Notes: generated by a model from the sequence alone, not told the origin. DNA of 31,141 nucleotides from Ilumatobacteraceae bacterium (GCA_025464045.1 JAODBQ010000287.1:1-31141); one strand, 5' to 3'. Shown: positions 9,038-17,505, counted from the stretch's first letter. Program-made: numbers and translations.

Positions 9038-9547
9038 GGCATCATCGCCGGTGCATCGAGGGGCGCCGCCGCCGGCGTGCTGGCCACGGCCGCCATGGAC
9101 CTGCTCTGGTATCGCCGCTACCGCGACGGCGGCGGCGAGGCGAGCTTCACGCGATGGGAGCTGTCGACCGACGCGCATGACTTCGGCGCGGACGCGCCGG
9201 CACCGGCCAGGGTCGGCAAGCGCATCGCCGACGCGGTCGGGATCGATCTCGACGATTCGCTGGTCGCCCCGACGAACAACGTCGTGCACTGGATGACCGG
9301 AGTCGGTTGGGGCATGGTTGCCGGCATCGCCGCGTCCGTGCTGCCGGCGCCGACGCTGGGGGTCGGCGTCGGGACGGGTGCGACGGCATGGGGCACGTCA
9401 TATGCGGTGCTCGGCCGGCTCGGCATCTACAAGGCGATCACCGAGTACGACGAGGCGACGCTCTGGAAGGACCTGAGCGCCCACCTCGTCTTCGGGCTCA
9501 CGCTCGGCGTCGCGCTCGGCGCGGCGAAGGTGCTCCGCCGCCGCTGA
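9035..9547 (+). CDS. Hypothetical membrane protein (DUF1440-like)
   Basis: 170 aa with 3-4 hydrophobic segments; VVHWMTGVGWG and DLSAHLVFG His motifs; GC3-rich codons. Confidence 0.65.
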   Translation: MGIIAGASRGAAAGVLATAAMDLLWYRRYRDGGGEASFTRWELSTDAHDFGADAPAPARVGKRIADAVGIDLDDSLVAPTNNVVHWMTGVGWGMVAGIAASVLPAPTLGVGVGTGATAWGTSYAVLGRLGIYKAITEYDEATLWKDLSAHLVFGLTLGVALGAAKVLRRR

Positions 9548-9766
9548 TCGCCTGGCGGTGGCATGCCGCGGACCGGATCGGCTCCCCTCCGTCAGAGATG
9601 TGTCGTTGCCGATCTTCTCGCTATCCGCCCGAATGGGTAGGCCTATTCGTCCGATATCGCTACAGGTCGCGCGCATGCCAGTGCACATAGCGAGCTTTGC
9701 GGAGATTTGTGAAATGTAGTTATAGATTGCGCGCGTTGGGTAAAGGGCGCCAGCGGCCGTTTGGGG

Positions 9767-9782
9767 ACCTCCGCGCGGAGGT
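9767..9782. promoter_or_regulatory. Perfect 16-bp palindrome ACCTCCGCGCGGAGGT (anti-SD/SD hairpin or operator)
   Basis: Read directly. Its GGAGGT half lies 7 nt before an in-frame GTG at 9790. Confidence 0.5.
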
Positions 9783-9825
9783 GGCGGCTGTGGGCATCCA
9801 CCACATCAACACGAGGGAGAAGACA

Positions 9826-11016
9826 GTGATCCATCACGCACGCAGGTGGCACAGAATTGCCGCGTTGGGAGCCGTCGGCCTGCTCGCCGTCCCGGCAGCA
9901 GCGAACGCAGCATCCGGGCCGGCAGCGCATGACTCGACCGACCAGACGACGTCCGCCTTCATCGATCTGACCCAGGACGCGGTGACCAACACCGGCGACA
10001 ACGAACAGATCACGCGCACGACGCAGGACAACACCACCTCGCAGGAGGCAACGGGACATGCCGATGGCGGCGATTCGGATGCCGCAGCCGGCGACGGGGA
10101 CGCGCTCAGCGGCGACGCCACCGGCACCGCCGGTGACGGGATGTCCGACGTCAGCGGCGGGACCGCCACCACCACCGGCGATGCGACGATCGTCGACGCC
10201 ACCGGTGGCGACGCCGCGGCGACATCCGGCTCCGCCACCGCCACCGGCGGCGACGCGACGAGCACGGGCGGCGCGGGAGGCACGGCTGCCGCGACGAACG
10301 ACGCGACGTCGAGCAATGACGCCGGGGGTGGCAACTCGTTGACCACTGGGGCCGCGTCGGCCGACAACTCGGTCACGGGTTCGATCACCCAGTCGCAGGA
10401 CAACTCGTCGACCAACTCGGCATCGGCGACGACCAGCGGCGTCGGCGGTGGCACCGGCGGCGGGAGCGGCGCTCCGGCAGCCACGCACCCGACGGCACGC
10501 TCGACCGTCAGCCAGGACGCCTCCGTCGACATCAGCGTCAGCCAGTCGGCCGATGCGAACAGCGGCGGCAACGCGCAGACCACCACAGTGAACCAGTCGA
10601 ACAGCACCGATCAGGGCAGCGCGGCAGCAGCCGGTGGCGGCTCGTCGTCGGCGTTGGGCGGCACCGGCATCTCGACGGGCGGTAACGCCGACGCATCGGC
10701 GGGCAGCGGGACGAGCAGCGCGGACAGCACCGGCAACGGGGCCGCGGCCACCAGCACGGGTGGCGCAGCGACGTCGACCAGTGGTGCTGCCTCCGCAACC
10801 GGCGGCGCGGCGACGTCGACGGGTGGCGCAGGTGGCTCCGCCACCGCGGGCAACACCTCGAGCTCGAGCAACACCTCGAGCGGCGGCAACAGCGTCACCA
10901 CCGGCAGTGCGTCCTCGTCGAACAGCTCGAGCATCACCGTCTCCCAGAGCAGCTCGAACACCAGCACGAACACGAGCACGGACACCAGCACGGAGACGCC
11001 GGCCACCACCGGCTGA
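9826..11016 (+). CDS. Secreted Gly/Ser/Thr/Ala/Asn/Gln-rich repeat protein with two internal modules (alternative start GTG 9790)
   Basis: GTG 9826 with GAGGGAG RBS. Sec signal ...RIAALGAVGLLAVPAAANA|A. Repeated xxTGGxA heptads and GGNSxTTGxAS motifs. No TM or anchor in the mature part. Confidence 0.8.
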   Translation: MIHHARRWHRIAALGAVGLLAVPAAANAASGPAAHDSTDQTTSAFIDLTQDAVTNTGDNEQITRTTQDNTTSQEATGHADGGDSDAAAGDGDALSGDATGTAGDGMSDVSGGTATTTGDATIVDATGGDAAATSGSATATGGDATSTGGAGGTAAATNDATSSNDAGGGNSLTTGAASADNSVTGSITQSQDNSSTNSASATTSGVGGGTGGGSGAPAATHPTARSTVSQDASVDISVSQSADANSGGNAQTTTVNQSNSTDQGSAAAAGGGSSSALGGTGISTGGNADASAGSGTSSADSTGNGAAATSTGGAATSTSGAASATGGAATSTGGAGGSATAGNTSSSSNTSSGGNSVTTGSASSSNSSSITVSQSSSNTSTNTSTDTSTETPATTG

Positions 11017-11053
11017 ACCGCAGCACAGCGAGAGCAGTCGGCAGTCAGCAGCA

Positions 11054-11072
11054 CGTTGAGCACCGCTCAACG
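11054..11072 (+). other. Intergenic hairpin 1 (8-bp stem, 3-nt loop)
   Basis: CGTTGAGC-acc-GCTCAACG. Confidence 0.5.
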
Positions 11073-11086
11073 CTGGACAGCAACGT

Positions 11087-11128
11087 GAGCAGGGGTGGCA
11101 GGTCAGCGATCTGCCACCCCGACTGCTC
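11087..11128 (+). terminator. Strong intergenic stem-loop (terminator/attenuator or mRNA stabiliser)
   Basis: GGGGTGGCAGGTC-agc-GATCTGCCACCCC (13 bp, one G-U), extended by GAGCA/TGCTC past a 3-nt bulge. No U-tract. Confidence 0.55.
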
Positions 11129-11170
11129 GTCAGCAGCACGTCCGAGTGGAACAACGGCGAGGGAGTGAGC

Positions 11171-13423
11171 GTGGGTCGAATCGCGAGGTGTGCCGGCATC
11201 GCAGCGGTGCTGGCGGTGCTGGGCACGACATGCCCGGCATGGGCCGACGAGGGTGGTGCCGAGTCGGTGCAGCCCGCTCCGCCGACCACGACCATCGTCA
11301 TCACGGCGGTGATCCCGAGCGAGGCGGCGGCCGACGTTGCGCCGACCGGTGATGCCCCGACCACCGAGGCGGAGAGCGCACCGCACGACGGGGATGCGAC
11401 GACGACGACGACAAATGCGCCCTCGACGTCGACGTCGACGTCGACGTTGCCGTCGACTTCGACGTCAACTTCGACGGGCGACGCTCGCTCCTCGACCACG
11501 GTCGCGACGCCCGTGGCAACACCATCATCATCGGACGAGCCCGCCACCACCACCACGAGCCCCACTCGCTCCGGCACCACCGACCCCGTCTCCGGGGCAG
11601 CCACGTCCACCACCTCGACCTCTACCACCTCGACCTCGACGACCTCGCCCGCTGCACGAGCAACGAGCACCGAGACCGGGACGCAGACGGTCGACGTCTC
11701 GGGCACCGCCATCGCGGTGGCGTCCAGCGGGGGCAACCAGGTCACGACCGGGCCCGGCGCCGGCCAGGACGGCTCGTCGGGCACGGGCAGCGTTGACGTG
11801 CACACCGGCTCCGCGACCGCCGTCGGCAACCGCGACACGACCGTGATCGACCAGCAGGCGATCACGGTCCTCACCGACCAGGCCACCGCGAACGTGACCC
11901 AGGTCGTCCTGGTCTTCAACATCGGCGCGGCGACGGCCGACACCGGGCTGAACAGCGCCACCGCCTCCGACGCCGCGGGCTCGAGCGGATCCGGCCAGAT
12001 CACGACCGGCTCGGCCACGGCTGTCGGCAACGCGGCCGACACGTACGTCACCCAGGCCGCAACGGCAGGAGCGCAGCAGGGCACGTCCGATGCCTCGACC
12101 CAGCGCGTCACCACGGTGCGACTCGGCGTCTCGATCGCCACGTCGGGCGGGAACTCGATCGCCATCACCGGCCAGACCTCCGGCAGCGCGTCGGTCCAAT
12201 CCGGAGCGGCGCAAGCGACCGGGAACGACTCGACGACGGGCGTCTCGCAGGCGGCGACCGCCGTCGGCTCGGACACGGCTCAGCTCACGATCGACCAGCG
12301 CGCGCTCGTGTTCAACTTCGGCGTCGCCATCGCGGACAGCGGACTGAACCAGGTGAGCGGATTGGCGGGCTCGCTGGCCGCCACGCCCGATCCCGACGTC
12401 GCCCAGCAGCTGTTCGCGGTGCTCCTGCCCGTGCTGCTCAGCTCGTACTCGACGGCGGACGGCACCGGCGCGATCACCACCGGAGACGCCACCGCGGTCG
12501 GCAACAAGTCGACGACCCTGATCGATCAGTCGGCGACGGCCACGGCCACCGGGGACGGCTCGGCGAGCATCCACCAACAGGTCGTCGTCGCCAACGTCGG
12601 TGCTGCCGTGGCGTCGACGGGCGGCAACGCGATCGGGGCCACCCAGGACGCGTCGTCCGGCCAGCTCGACGAGGCGACGACCGCGGTCGTCAACCAGCTC
12701 GCCGCCTTCCTCGCCAACCTGCTGGCCCAGATCTCCGCCGCCACGAACGGGAGCTCCGACTCGTCGCACGGCGATCTCGTGCTGCCCTTCGGCGACCTCC
12801 TCATCAACATCAGCAGTCAGCTGGATGCCAACGCCTACTCGTTGGCGGGCCCAGCCGGCAGCGGTCCACGGGCAAACATCCGCCAGGTGTCGGCAGTCGT
12901 CAGCCTCGGGATGTCCAGGGCCAACACGGGCGGCAACACGACGATCTCGATCGTCACCGGTCCGATGTCCGCGACGAACACGGGCACCGACCGCGCGCAG
13001 GTGGTCACCGGGAACGTGTCGGCGGTGAACCACAGCCTCGTCGTGATCTGTCAGCTGGATGACGCAGCCGGGCACTTCTGCCTCGCGCCGCCGACGCCCT
13101 CGACGCCGCCGACCGACCCGCCGACCGATCCGCCGACGGGCGGGAGCGTGGTCGGGAGCGAGCCCGCCGTTCCCGTCACGGATCCGACGATCGGCAGCGC
13201 CGCGCCGACCGCGCAGATCATCGGCGCCGAGCCGACTCCCGAGCCGCGGTCGCACGGCCAGGCGTTCGCATCGTCCGGTCCGGTGCCGCAGGCGGTCGGC
13301 GCAGCGTCGGGACGGACGCTGCCGGCCACGGGCACCGACAGCGATGCGCTCGTGCGCATCGCGCTGCTGCTGCTGCTCACCGGCGGTGCGCTGCAGCTCG
13401 TACGGAGGCGGGCGACACCATGA
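11171..13423 (+). CDS. Sortase-type (LPXTG) cell-wall-anchored repeat protein
   Basis: Signal peptide ...IAAVLAVLGTTCPAWA|D; Thr/Ser-rich stalk; about 5.5 repeats of roughly 70 aa; Pro-rich linker; LPATG followed by hydrophobic ALVRIALLLLLTGGALQLV and RRR tail. Start GTG 11171 (GGGAG RBS) or 11165. Confidence 0.85.
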   Translation: MGRIARCAGIAAVLAVLGTTCPAWADEGGAESVQPAPPTTTIVITAVIPSEAAADVAPTGDAPTTEAESAPHDGDATTTTTNAPSTSTSTSTLPSTSTSTSTGDARSSTTVATPVATPSSSDEPATTTTSPTRSGTTDPVSGAATSTTSTSTTSTSTTSPAARATSTETGTQTVDVSGTAIAVASSGGNQVTTGPGAGQDGSSGTGSVDVHTGSATAVGNRDTTVIDQQAITVLTDQATANVTQVVLVFNIGAATADTGLNSATASDAAGSSGSGQITTGSATAVGNAADTYVTQAATAGAQQGTSDASTQRVTTVRLGVSIATSGGNSIAITGQTSGSASVQSGAAQATGNDSTTGVSQAATAVGSDTAQLTIDQRALVFNFGVAIADSGLNQVSGLAGSLAATPDPDVAQQLFAVLLPVLLSSYSTADGTGAITTGDATAVGNKSTTLIDQSATATATGDGSASIHQQVVVANVGAAVASTGGNAIGATQDASSGQLDEATTAVVNQLAAFLANLLAQISAATNGSSDSSHGDLVLPFGDLLINISSQLDANAYSLAGPAGSGPRANIRQVSAVVSLGMSRANTGGNTTISIVTGPMSATNTGTDRAQVVTGNVSAVNHSLVVICQLDDAAGHFCLAPPTPSTPPTDPPTDPPTGGSVVGSEPAVPVTDPTIGSAAPTAQIIGAEPTPEPRSHGQAFASSGPVPQAVGAASGRTLPATGTDSDALVRIALLLLLTGGALQLVRRRATP

Positions 13424-13941
13424 GCGCCCGCTCGTGCCGTCGAGTGCCGTGCCTGGTGGTCGCGCTCGGGCTGTTCGCCCTGGCAGGCTGCGGGTCCGAG
13501 CAGGTCGCCACGGAGCCGAGCACGACGACGTCTCCGGCACCGACCGTCACGGCTCGTTCGACGAACGACACGGGGGCCCCTGCGTCGGCGACGACGACGT
13601 CCCCGACCCGTGCACCATCGACCACGCAGGAGGGCACCATGACGACGAACGAGCAGCACCGCGACGCATCGTCCACATCACAGGTGACCAGCACCTCCTC
13701 GCATCACGCGGTCATCCGCACGGATGGCGGTTCGTTGGACGTCTCCGGCGATGGACAGGCGCTCGCCGTCAACGACGTCACGACCGCGGCCGGGTGGGAA
13801 CTGACGATCGACCACCCCGACGCACGACGCGTCGATGCCACGTTCACGAAGGTCGGCAGCCGGATCGAGGTCAGCATCACCGCCACCGCTGGCGGCATCA
13901 GCAGCTCGACCCGATCATCCAGCACGTCCAGCTCGTCCTGA
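13420..13941 (+). CDS. Lipoprotein with Thr/Ser-rich linker and small beta-rich C-terminal domain
   Basis: ATGA overlap with the LPXTG gene; lipobox LGLFALAGC; C-terminal GGSLDVSGDGQALAVNDVTTAAGWELTIDHPDARRVDATF. Confidence 0.78.
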   Translation: MSARSCRRVPCLVVALGLFALAGCGSEQVATEPSTTTSPAPTVTARSTNDTGAPASATTTSPTRAPSTTQEGTMTTNEQHRDASSTSQVTSTSSHHAVIRTDGGSLDVSGDGQALAVNDVTTAAGWELTIDHPDARRVDATFTKVGSRIEVSITATAGGISSSTRSSSTSSSS

Positions 13942-14046
13942 CCGGGCTGCGCCCTGCGGCGCGCCGCGGACGGAACCATCGCGATCGCGAGGAGGTCGCG
14001 CGCACACTCGCTCAGCCCGCCGTCCTGTGCGTGGCAGCATCGAACG

Positions 14047-15315
14047 ATGAGCAACTCGACGGTCGCGCCGCGCGGGCTGAGCCACAGGATCACGCGGATG
14101 ACCGGCCGCGATCCGAACGAATCGCACCGCGCCGCCACACCGCTGGAGCTGCTGTTCGACCTGACCTTCGTGGTCGCGTTCGGGCAGGCGAGCGAGCAGA
14201 TGGCGCACCTCGTGGCCGAGGGGCACGTCGGCCCGGCGATCGGCGGGTTCGCGTTCGCGGTGTTCGCGATCTGCTGGGCATGGATCAACTTCACCTGGTT
14301 CGCGTCCGCCTACGACACCGACGACTGGTTCTACCGACTGACGACGATGGTTCAGATGGTCGGTGTGATCGTGCTCGCGCTCGGGCTCCCGGCCATGTTC
14401 CACTCGGTCGATGCCGGCCACTCGCTCGGCAACGGGGTGATGGTGGCGGGCTACGTCGTGATGCGGATCGCGATGGTCGCCCAGTGGGAGCGAGCCGCAC
14501 GCGACGATCCGCAGCGGCGAGCGACAGCGAAGCTGAACGGACTGACGCTGCTCGGCGCGCAGGTCGGCTGGGTCGCGCTGGCGATCGCCGACCCCAGCAT
14601 CCCCGTCGCCGCCGTCGTCGGTGCGGGCCTCGCCTCCATCGAGCTCTCCGGTCCCGTCATCGCCGAACGCAGGACGGGTGGATCGCCCTGGCACGCCCAC
14701 CACGTCGCCGAGCGGTACGGGCTGCTGACGATCATCGTGCTCGGCGAGGCGCTGCTCGGGACCGTCACCTCCGTCGCGGCAATCGTCGCGACGTCGGGCT
14801 GGACCGCCGAGGCGGTGATCGTCGTGACCGCCGGCGTCGGCCTGACCTTCAGCCTGTGGTGGACCTACTTCATCCTCCCGTCCGCCGACGTCCTCCATCA
14901 CCACCGCGAGCGCTCGGTCGTCTGGGGCTACGGGCACATGCTGATCTTCGGATCCATCGCGGCGATCGGCGCCGGCGTCCACGTGGCCGCCTTCGTCGTC
15001 GAAGGCGACGCGCGCATCGGCACACTCGGCGCGGTGCTCGCCGTGGCGGTCCCCGTCCTGATCTTCTCGACCGCGCTGTTCGGTCTCTACACGTACCTCG
15101 TCCACGATGGAGACGGTTTCCACATCTGGTTGTTCGCCGGAGTCGTGCTCGCGCGCGCGCTCGCCGTCGCGGTCGCTGCCGTGGGCGGCTCGATCGGCGC
15201 CTGCCTGATCCTCATCACGCTCGCACCGCTCATCGTCGTCGTCGGCTACGAGACGGTCGGTCACCGCCACGCAGCCGCCGTGTTGGAACGAACGCTCGTC
15301 GACAGCGACCCGTGA
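14047..15315 (+). CDS. ltrA: Low temperature requirement protein A family membrane protein
   Basis: RAATPLELLFDLTFVVAF, WAWINFTWFASAYD, HVAERYGLLTIIVLGE; multi-TM. Preceded by TG-g-CAGCAT, 6 nt, ATG (leaderless-like). Confidence 0.9.
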   Translation: MSNSTVAPRGLSHRITRMTGRDPNESHRAATPLELLFDLTFVVAFGQASEQMAHLVAEGHVGPAIGGFAFAVFAICWAWINFTWFASAYDTDDWFYRLTTMVQMVGVIVLALGLPAMFHSVDAGHSLGNGVMVAGYVVMRIAMVAQWERAARDDPQRRATAKLNGLTLLGAQVGWVALAIADPSIPVAAVVGAGLASIELSGPVIAERRTGGSPWHAHHVAERYGLLTIIVLGEALLGTVTSVAAIVATSGWTAEAVIVVTAGVGLTFSLWWTYFILPSADVLHHHRERSVVWGYGHMLIFGSIAAIGAGVHVAAFVVEGDARIGTLGAVLAVAVPVLIFSTALFGLYTYLVHDGDGFHIWLFAGVVLARALAVAVAAVGGSIGACLILITLAPLIVVVGYETVGHRHAAAVLERTLVDSDP

Positions 15316-15455
15316 CCGCGCGCGCCGCGTGCGCCGACTGATGGAGGTGCGTGCGTTCTCCGTGGGGTCCGAAGGCAGCGATCACGTCCTCGGCTCCGTC
15401 GGTCGCCCCCGAACGGAGGCGCACCGCCGACGAGCTCGTCGGTCAAGCTCGGCCC

Positions 15456-16673
15456 ATGGACCACACGTCACGGCGCTTCGCGGCCTTCGACAGCCGGAAC
15501 TTCCGGCTGTACTTCATCGGCCAGACCATCTCGAGCATCGGGTCGTGGACGCAATCGCTGGCCGTCATCTGGCTCGTGCTCGAGATCACCAACCGGAGTG
15601 ACCGGCTCGGTCTGGCGACGGCGCTGCAGTTCCTGCCGATGCTGTTGCTCGGCGCGCCCGCCGGTCTGCTCGCGGACAAGGTCGACAACCGACGCCTGCT
15701 CCTCGCCACGTCCAGCCTGTCGGGCGTGCTGGCACTGACGTTCGGCGTGGTGGTGGCCACCGGCCACGTCACCATCTGGTGGATCTACGCGCTCACGCTG
15801 CTGCTCGGCCTCGTCCTGGCGGTCGAGCGTCCGGCGATGCAGGCCATCCTGTTCCAACTCGTCGGGCCCGAACTGCTTCCCAGCGGGGTGGCGGCCAACA
15901 GCACGATCAACTCGGTGTCACGCCTCATCGGCCCGGCGATGGCCGGCGCGCTCATCGCCACCGCCGGCGTCGCGACGTGCTTCTTCATCAACGCGGCCTC
16001 GTACCTCGTCGTCGTGGGCGCGCTCATCGCGCTGCGGTCGAGCGACCTCGTCAGCCGACCACTCATCGGACGGGCGAAGGGCAAGGTGCGCGAAGGCCTC
16101 ACCTACGTACGAACCCATCCTGACGTGGCCCGCCCGCTGCTCGTCATGACGGTCGTCGGCACCGTCGCGTACAACTTCCAGACCACGTTCCCCTCGATGG
16201 TGCACTTCGGCTTCCATCGGGGCGCAGGATCGGTGGGGACGGCGATGAGCGTCAGCGCGATCGGCTCCATCATCGGTGGCATCTACATCGCCGGCGTGAA
16301 GCCGCATCCCCGCCGCACGCTGGCCATCGCGCTGGTGGGGTTCGCGGTGACGTGCTTGGCGCTGTCCGTCACCCCAGGGTTCTGGCCGTTCGTGGCCGTG
16401 AGCATCCTGTTGGGATTCGCATCGGCGTCGTTCCAGTCCGTCAACACCGTCGTGCTGCAACAGTCGACGGATCCGTCCATGCAGGGCCGGGTGATGGCCC
16501 TCCACCAGATGGCCTGGTTCGGCAGCACACCCGTCGGCGCGGTCTTCATGGGCTGGGTCATCCAGATCTCCTCCCCGCGCGTGCCGTTCGCGCTGGGCGG
16601 ACTCTCAGCGCTGCTGTGCGCAGCGGCTGTGGTCGGTCGGCAACCACGTCGCACCGTGGCGGTGCTGTCCTGA
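15456..16673 (+). CDS. MFS transporter (MFS_3/DUF894-type)
   Basis: AFDSRNFRLYFIGQTISSIGSWTQ, GLLADKVDNRRLL, MQGRVMAL; about 12 TM. Start ATG 15456. Confidence 0.88.
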   Translation: MDHTSRRFAAFDSRNFRLYFIGQTISSIGSWTQSLAVIWLVLEITNRSDRLGLATALQFLPMLLLGAPAGLLADKVDNRRLLLATSSLSGVLALTFGVVVATGHVTIWWIYALTLLLGLVLAVERPAMQAILFQLVGPELLPSGVAANSTINSVSRLIGPAMAGALIATAGVATCFFINAASYLVVVGALIALRSSDLVSRPLIGRAKGKVREGLTYVRTHPDVARPLLVMTVVGTVAYNFQTTFPSMVHFGFHRGAGSVGTAMSVSAIGSIIGGIYIAGVKPHPRRTLAIALVGFAVTCLALSVTPGFWPFVAVSILLGFASASFQSVNTVVLQQSTDPSMQGRVMALHQMAWFGSTPVGAVFMGWVIQISSPRVPFALGGLSALLCAAAVVGRQPRRTVAVLS

Positions 16674-16679
16674 GACCAG

Positions 16680-16707
16680 GCCGCGCTCGGGCCGGGGTCA
16701 GCGCGGC
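16680..16707 (+). terminator. Possible terminator hairpin after the MFS gene
   Basis: GCCGCGCT-N12-AGCGCGGC, 7 nt after the stop; no U-tract. Confidence 0.3.
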
Positions 16708-16746
16708 GTCAGCGTCGAGCCAGCGGCGTCGGTCAGTGTGGTCGAC

Positions 16747-16872
<126 letters not shown>

Positions 16873-16875
16873 GCC

Positions 16876-17505
16876 ATGCGACCCGAGCCGTACCCCGTTC
16901 GGTTCTCCGTGGACTACCCGGACCGACCACTCAACAGGCCGACCACGGCCGTGCGGCTCCTCACCGCACTCCCCATCCTCACCGTGCTGGCAGCGGTCTC
17001 AGGTGGGATCTGGCGTTGGTCGAACGAGCCCGGCTCGACGACCGCGGCCGCAGGTGCCGGAGGCCTGCTGTTCTTCGGCCCCTTGCTGATGATCGTGTTC
17101 CGCCAGAAGTATCCGCGATGGTGGTTCGACTGGAACCTGGAGCTGCAGCGGTTCACCAATCGGGTGTGGGCCTACCTGGCCCTCATGGACGACCGCTACC
17201 CGTCCACCACCGATCACCAGTCGGTGCGTCTGGACTACGACTACCCGGACGCCACCCGCGATCTGAACCGCTGGCTTCCTCTGCTGAAGTGGTTCCTGGC
17301 GATCCCGCACTACATCGTGCTGGCCCTGCTGAACATCGTCGCCGTGGTGGCGGTCATCGCCGCCTGGTTCACGATCCTCTTCACGGGGCGGTACCCGCGG
17401 ACGATCTTCGACTTCGTCGAGGGGGTGATCCGATGGAACAACAGAGTCATCGGTTACGCCTTCACGCTGGTGACCGATCGGTATCCGCCGTTCAGCTTCT
17501 CGTGA
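16876..17505 (+). CDS. DUF4389 domain membrane protein (two repeats)
   Basis: YPVRFSVDYP; duplicated KYPRWWFDW...RVWAYLALMDDRYP and RYPRTIFDF...RVIGYAFTLVTDRYPPF; GGGGAG RBS. Confidence 0.85.
   Translation: MRPEPYPVRFSVDYPDRPLNRPTTAVRLLTALPILTVLAAVSGGIWRWSNEPGSTTAAAGAGGLLFFGPLLMIVFRQKYPRWWFDWNLELQRFTNRVWAYLALMDDRYPSTTDHQSVRLDYDYPDATRDLNRWLPLLKWFLAIPHYIVLALLNIVAVVAVIAAWFTILFTGRYPRTIFDFVEGVIRWNNRVIGYAFTLVTDRYPPFSFS

Noticed and set aside
9690-9765. c-di-GMP-I riboswitch or CRP site in the leader
   Set aside because: GGGTAAA and GGGCGCCAG only loosely resemble GEMM elements and lack the GAAA-capped P2. TGTGA at 9708 has no TCACA half-site.
9826-11016. Ice-nucleation protein (InaZ-type), chaplin or curlin assignment
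   Set aside because: TxT motifs occur, but there are no AGYGSTxTA 16-mers, no recognisable chaplin domain and no regular curlin N-x-A-x-x-x-Q-x-G repeat. Kept only as analogies.
11044-11141. Autonomous mobile element
   Set aside because: Only 98 bp, with no transposase and no terminal inverted repeats inside the direct repeats. At most a MITE-like relic, kept as an alternative in the findings.
6110-13540. Long antisense ORFs (6110-9289, 9643-12276, 11528-13540) and similar shadow ORFs elsewhere (e.g. 19245-21074, 21126-23222)
   Set aside because: They lie opposite well-supported genes, are Arg/Ala/Pro- or Val-rich and have no motifs. This is the expected stop-codon scarcity in ~70% GC DNA.
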